Assembly: GCF_036321535.1 (NCBI RefSeq)
Contig: NC_087436.1
Span: 89,964,001 to 90,028,000, forward strand
Reading direction: 5' to 3'
Length of the DNA: 64,000 nucleotides
Origin: Camelus dromedarius
Taxonomy: Eukaryota
The number at the start of each line of letters is the position of its first letter. Positions within the stretch are counted from its first letter, which is position 1. Positions 62,900 through 64,000 of this stretch are shown one piece after another. A program made the position numbers and the translations under genes. The notes under the pieces were generated by a model. That model was not told where the DNA came from and made no database searches. It was given only the letters and a program-made list of their open reading frames with translations.

Positions 62900-64000
62900 A
62901 TGGGGCAAAGGAGCTAGAGTAAGGGCCATAGTCATCTGAGTCACTTGCTTTTGTACCTTAATCTGTGCCTTCAAGCCTGATTTTTCCTGTGCTGCTTTCA
63001 TCTGATAATGGACTTCTGTCCATGATGATGATGCCAGTTCAGGATGGGAAACTCAGACTGCATGGTAACTTGGTGGCTCATGGAAAGTGTTTGGTCTCTA
63101 CTAGAGATCTGTAGCAAGCCGCAATCTATTTCTTACAAGGAGAATAATAATCTGAAGAGAATGGAATAGTTTTGCTCCAAAATCTTACAAGTCTACTTTG
63201 TGATTTACCAACAGAAGTTTATTCCTAAGGGCCATACAGTATCCCTGTCTGCTACAGTCATTTCAGACCTAATTGGATTAGCAGTATCTTTGGGCCCAGA
63301 TGGTAGAGCAGCTTGTGCTATAATCTAAACGTATTGCAGAGTGTTCTCTTTTTCTGAATCTGAATAAAAGCAAAAACCCTAATAAAAAACAGAATTTAAG
63401 GTTACTCAGTAAATGGGTTTGAGTAATAAACCTGAATAAGGGATATATTGCTTCCAAAATCCAAAGAGACATTATGCTCCTTCCTTGATGATCGGAGGAC
63501 CTGATGCAGCAAATTTCTCTTCACCTTCACAGGTATATCTCCATGCCCAAGCCATTGACCCTCTAGTAATTGCATCAAGGTGTAAGGCCTTGAATTTCAG
63601 TGGAATTCTTTTTCCACCTTTTGGTACGCATGTGTCTTACCAAGGTGTCCACAAGGTGTTCTTTCTTCCTGTTCAATAGTTCCAATCAGAATGGTGTCAT
63701 CAACTTAATGGAAAAGCATGATATCTTATAAAATAAAAAGTCAATCAAGGCCCTTTAGACTAGATTATATCACTGGGCTGGCTGTTTGATTTAACTAGGA
63801 GGTAAGTCAGCAACAGTGTATTGCTAACCCTCTCCTCTGAAAGTAAACATCTAATGAATTTCATCATTGAAATATTTGTTACATATCAGGTATCAGGGGA
63901 CTGTGAGACTCCAGCAATAAGATCACATCTGGGATAATAGCTGCAACTGGAATCATTACTAGTAAAATTTTTGATAATCCACTCTTATTCTTTTGTATCC
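62900..64000 (-). mobile_element. ERV-L internal remnant: decayed pol (RT to RNase H-like region), runs off the window
   Basis: Minus-strand fragments RVDYQK, PVAAIIPDVILLLE, H*VDDTILIG (YIDD motif at 63696-63707), LVRHMRTKRW, LFGFWKQYIP, QAALPSGP, VADRDTVW and FWSKTIP..YSP are collinear with ERV-L Pol. Confidence 0.93.

Noticed and set aside
1..64000. A novel multi-gene system (operon, CRISPR array, defence island, retron-like locus)
   Set aside because: This is mammalian repeat-rich DNA. I saw no regularly spaced repeat-spacer array and no long non-repeat ORFs. The RT-related sequences are decayed L1 and ERV-L.

Overview
AT-rich, CpG-depleted mammalian genomic DNA (roughly one-third GC by eye, not computed). 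It is most likely from a camelid: there are two tRNA-derived vic-1-type SINEs and young L1 3' ends of cetartiodactyl/camelid type, and I saw no Alu, B1/B2, Bov-tA or BovB. I find no supportable host protein-coding gene, functional RNA gene, CpG island or CRISPR-like array. The window reads as intergenic or deep-intronic DNA made largely of layered transposon fossils: L1 of several ages, L2, MIR, MaLR/MLT LTRs, an ERV1 (MER31-like) env+LTR remnant, an ERV1-type solo LTR, an ERV-L pol remnant at the right edge, and Tigger and hAT DNA transposons. The longest ORF (39961-40587) is the L1 ORF2p C-terminus inside a twin-primed (5'-inverted) insertion. I do not see evidence for a previously undescribed biological system. 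The most interesting observations are small-scale: a SINE with an inverted B-box, a template-switch hairpin at a deletion junction, a probable non-classical L1 capture, a possible LTR-internal-LTR relic, an unexplained coding-like island at ~13.2-13.5 kb, a candidate 39-nt exon, and a perfect NFI site. Repeat family names come from recalled consensus sequences, not a database search. Boundaries of old elements are approximate.
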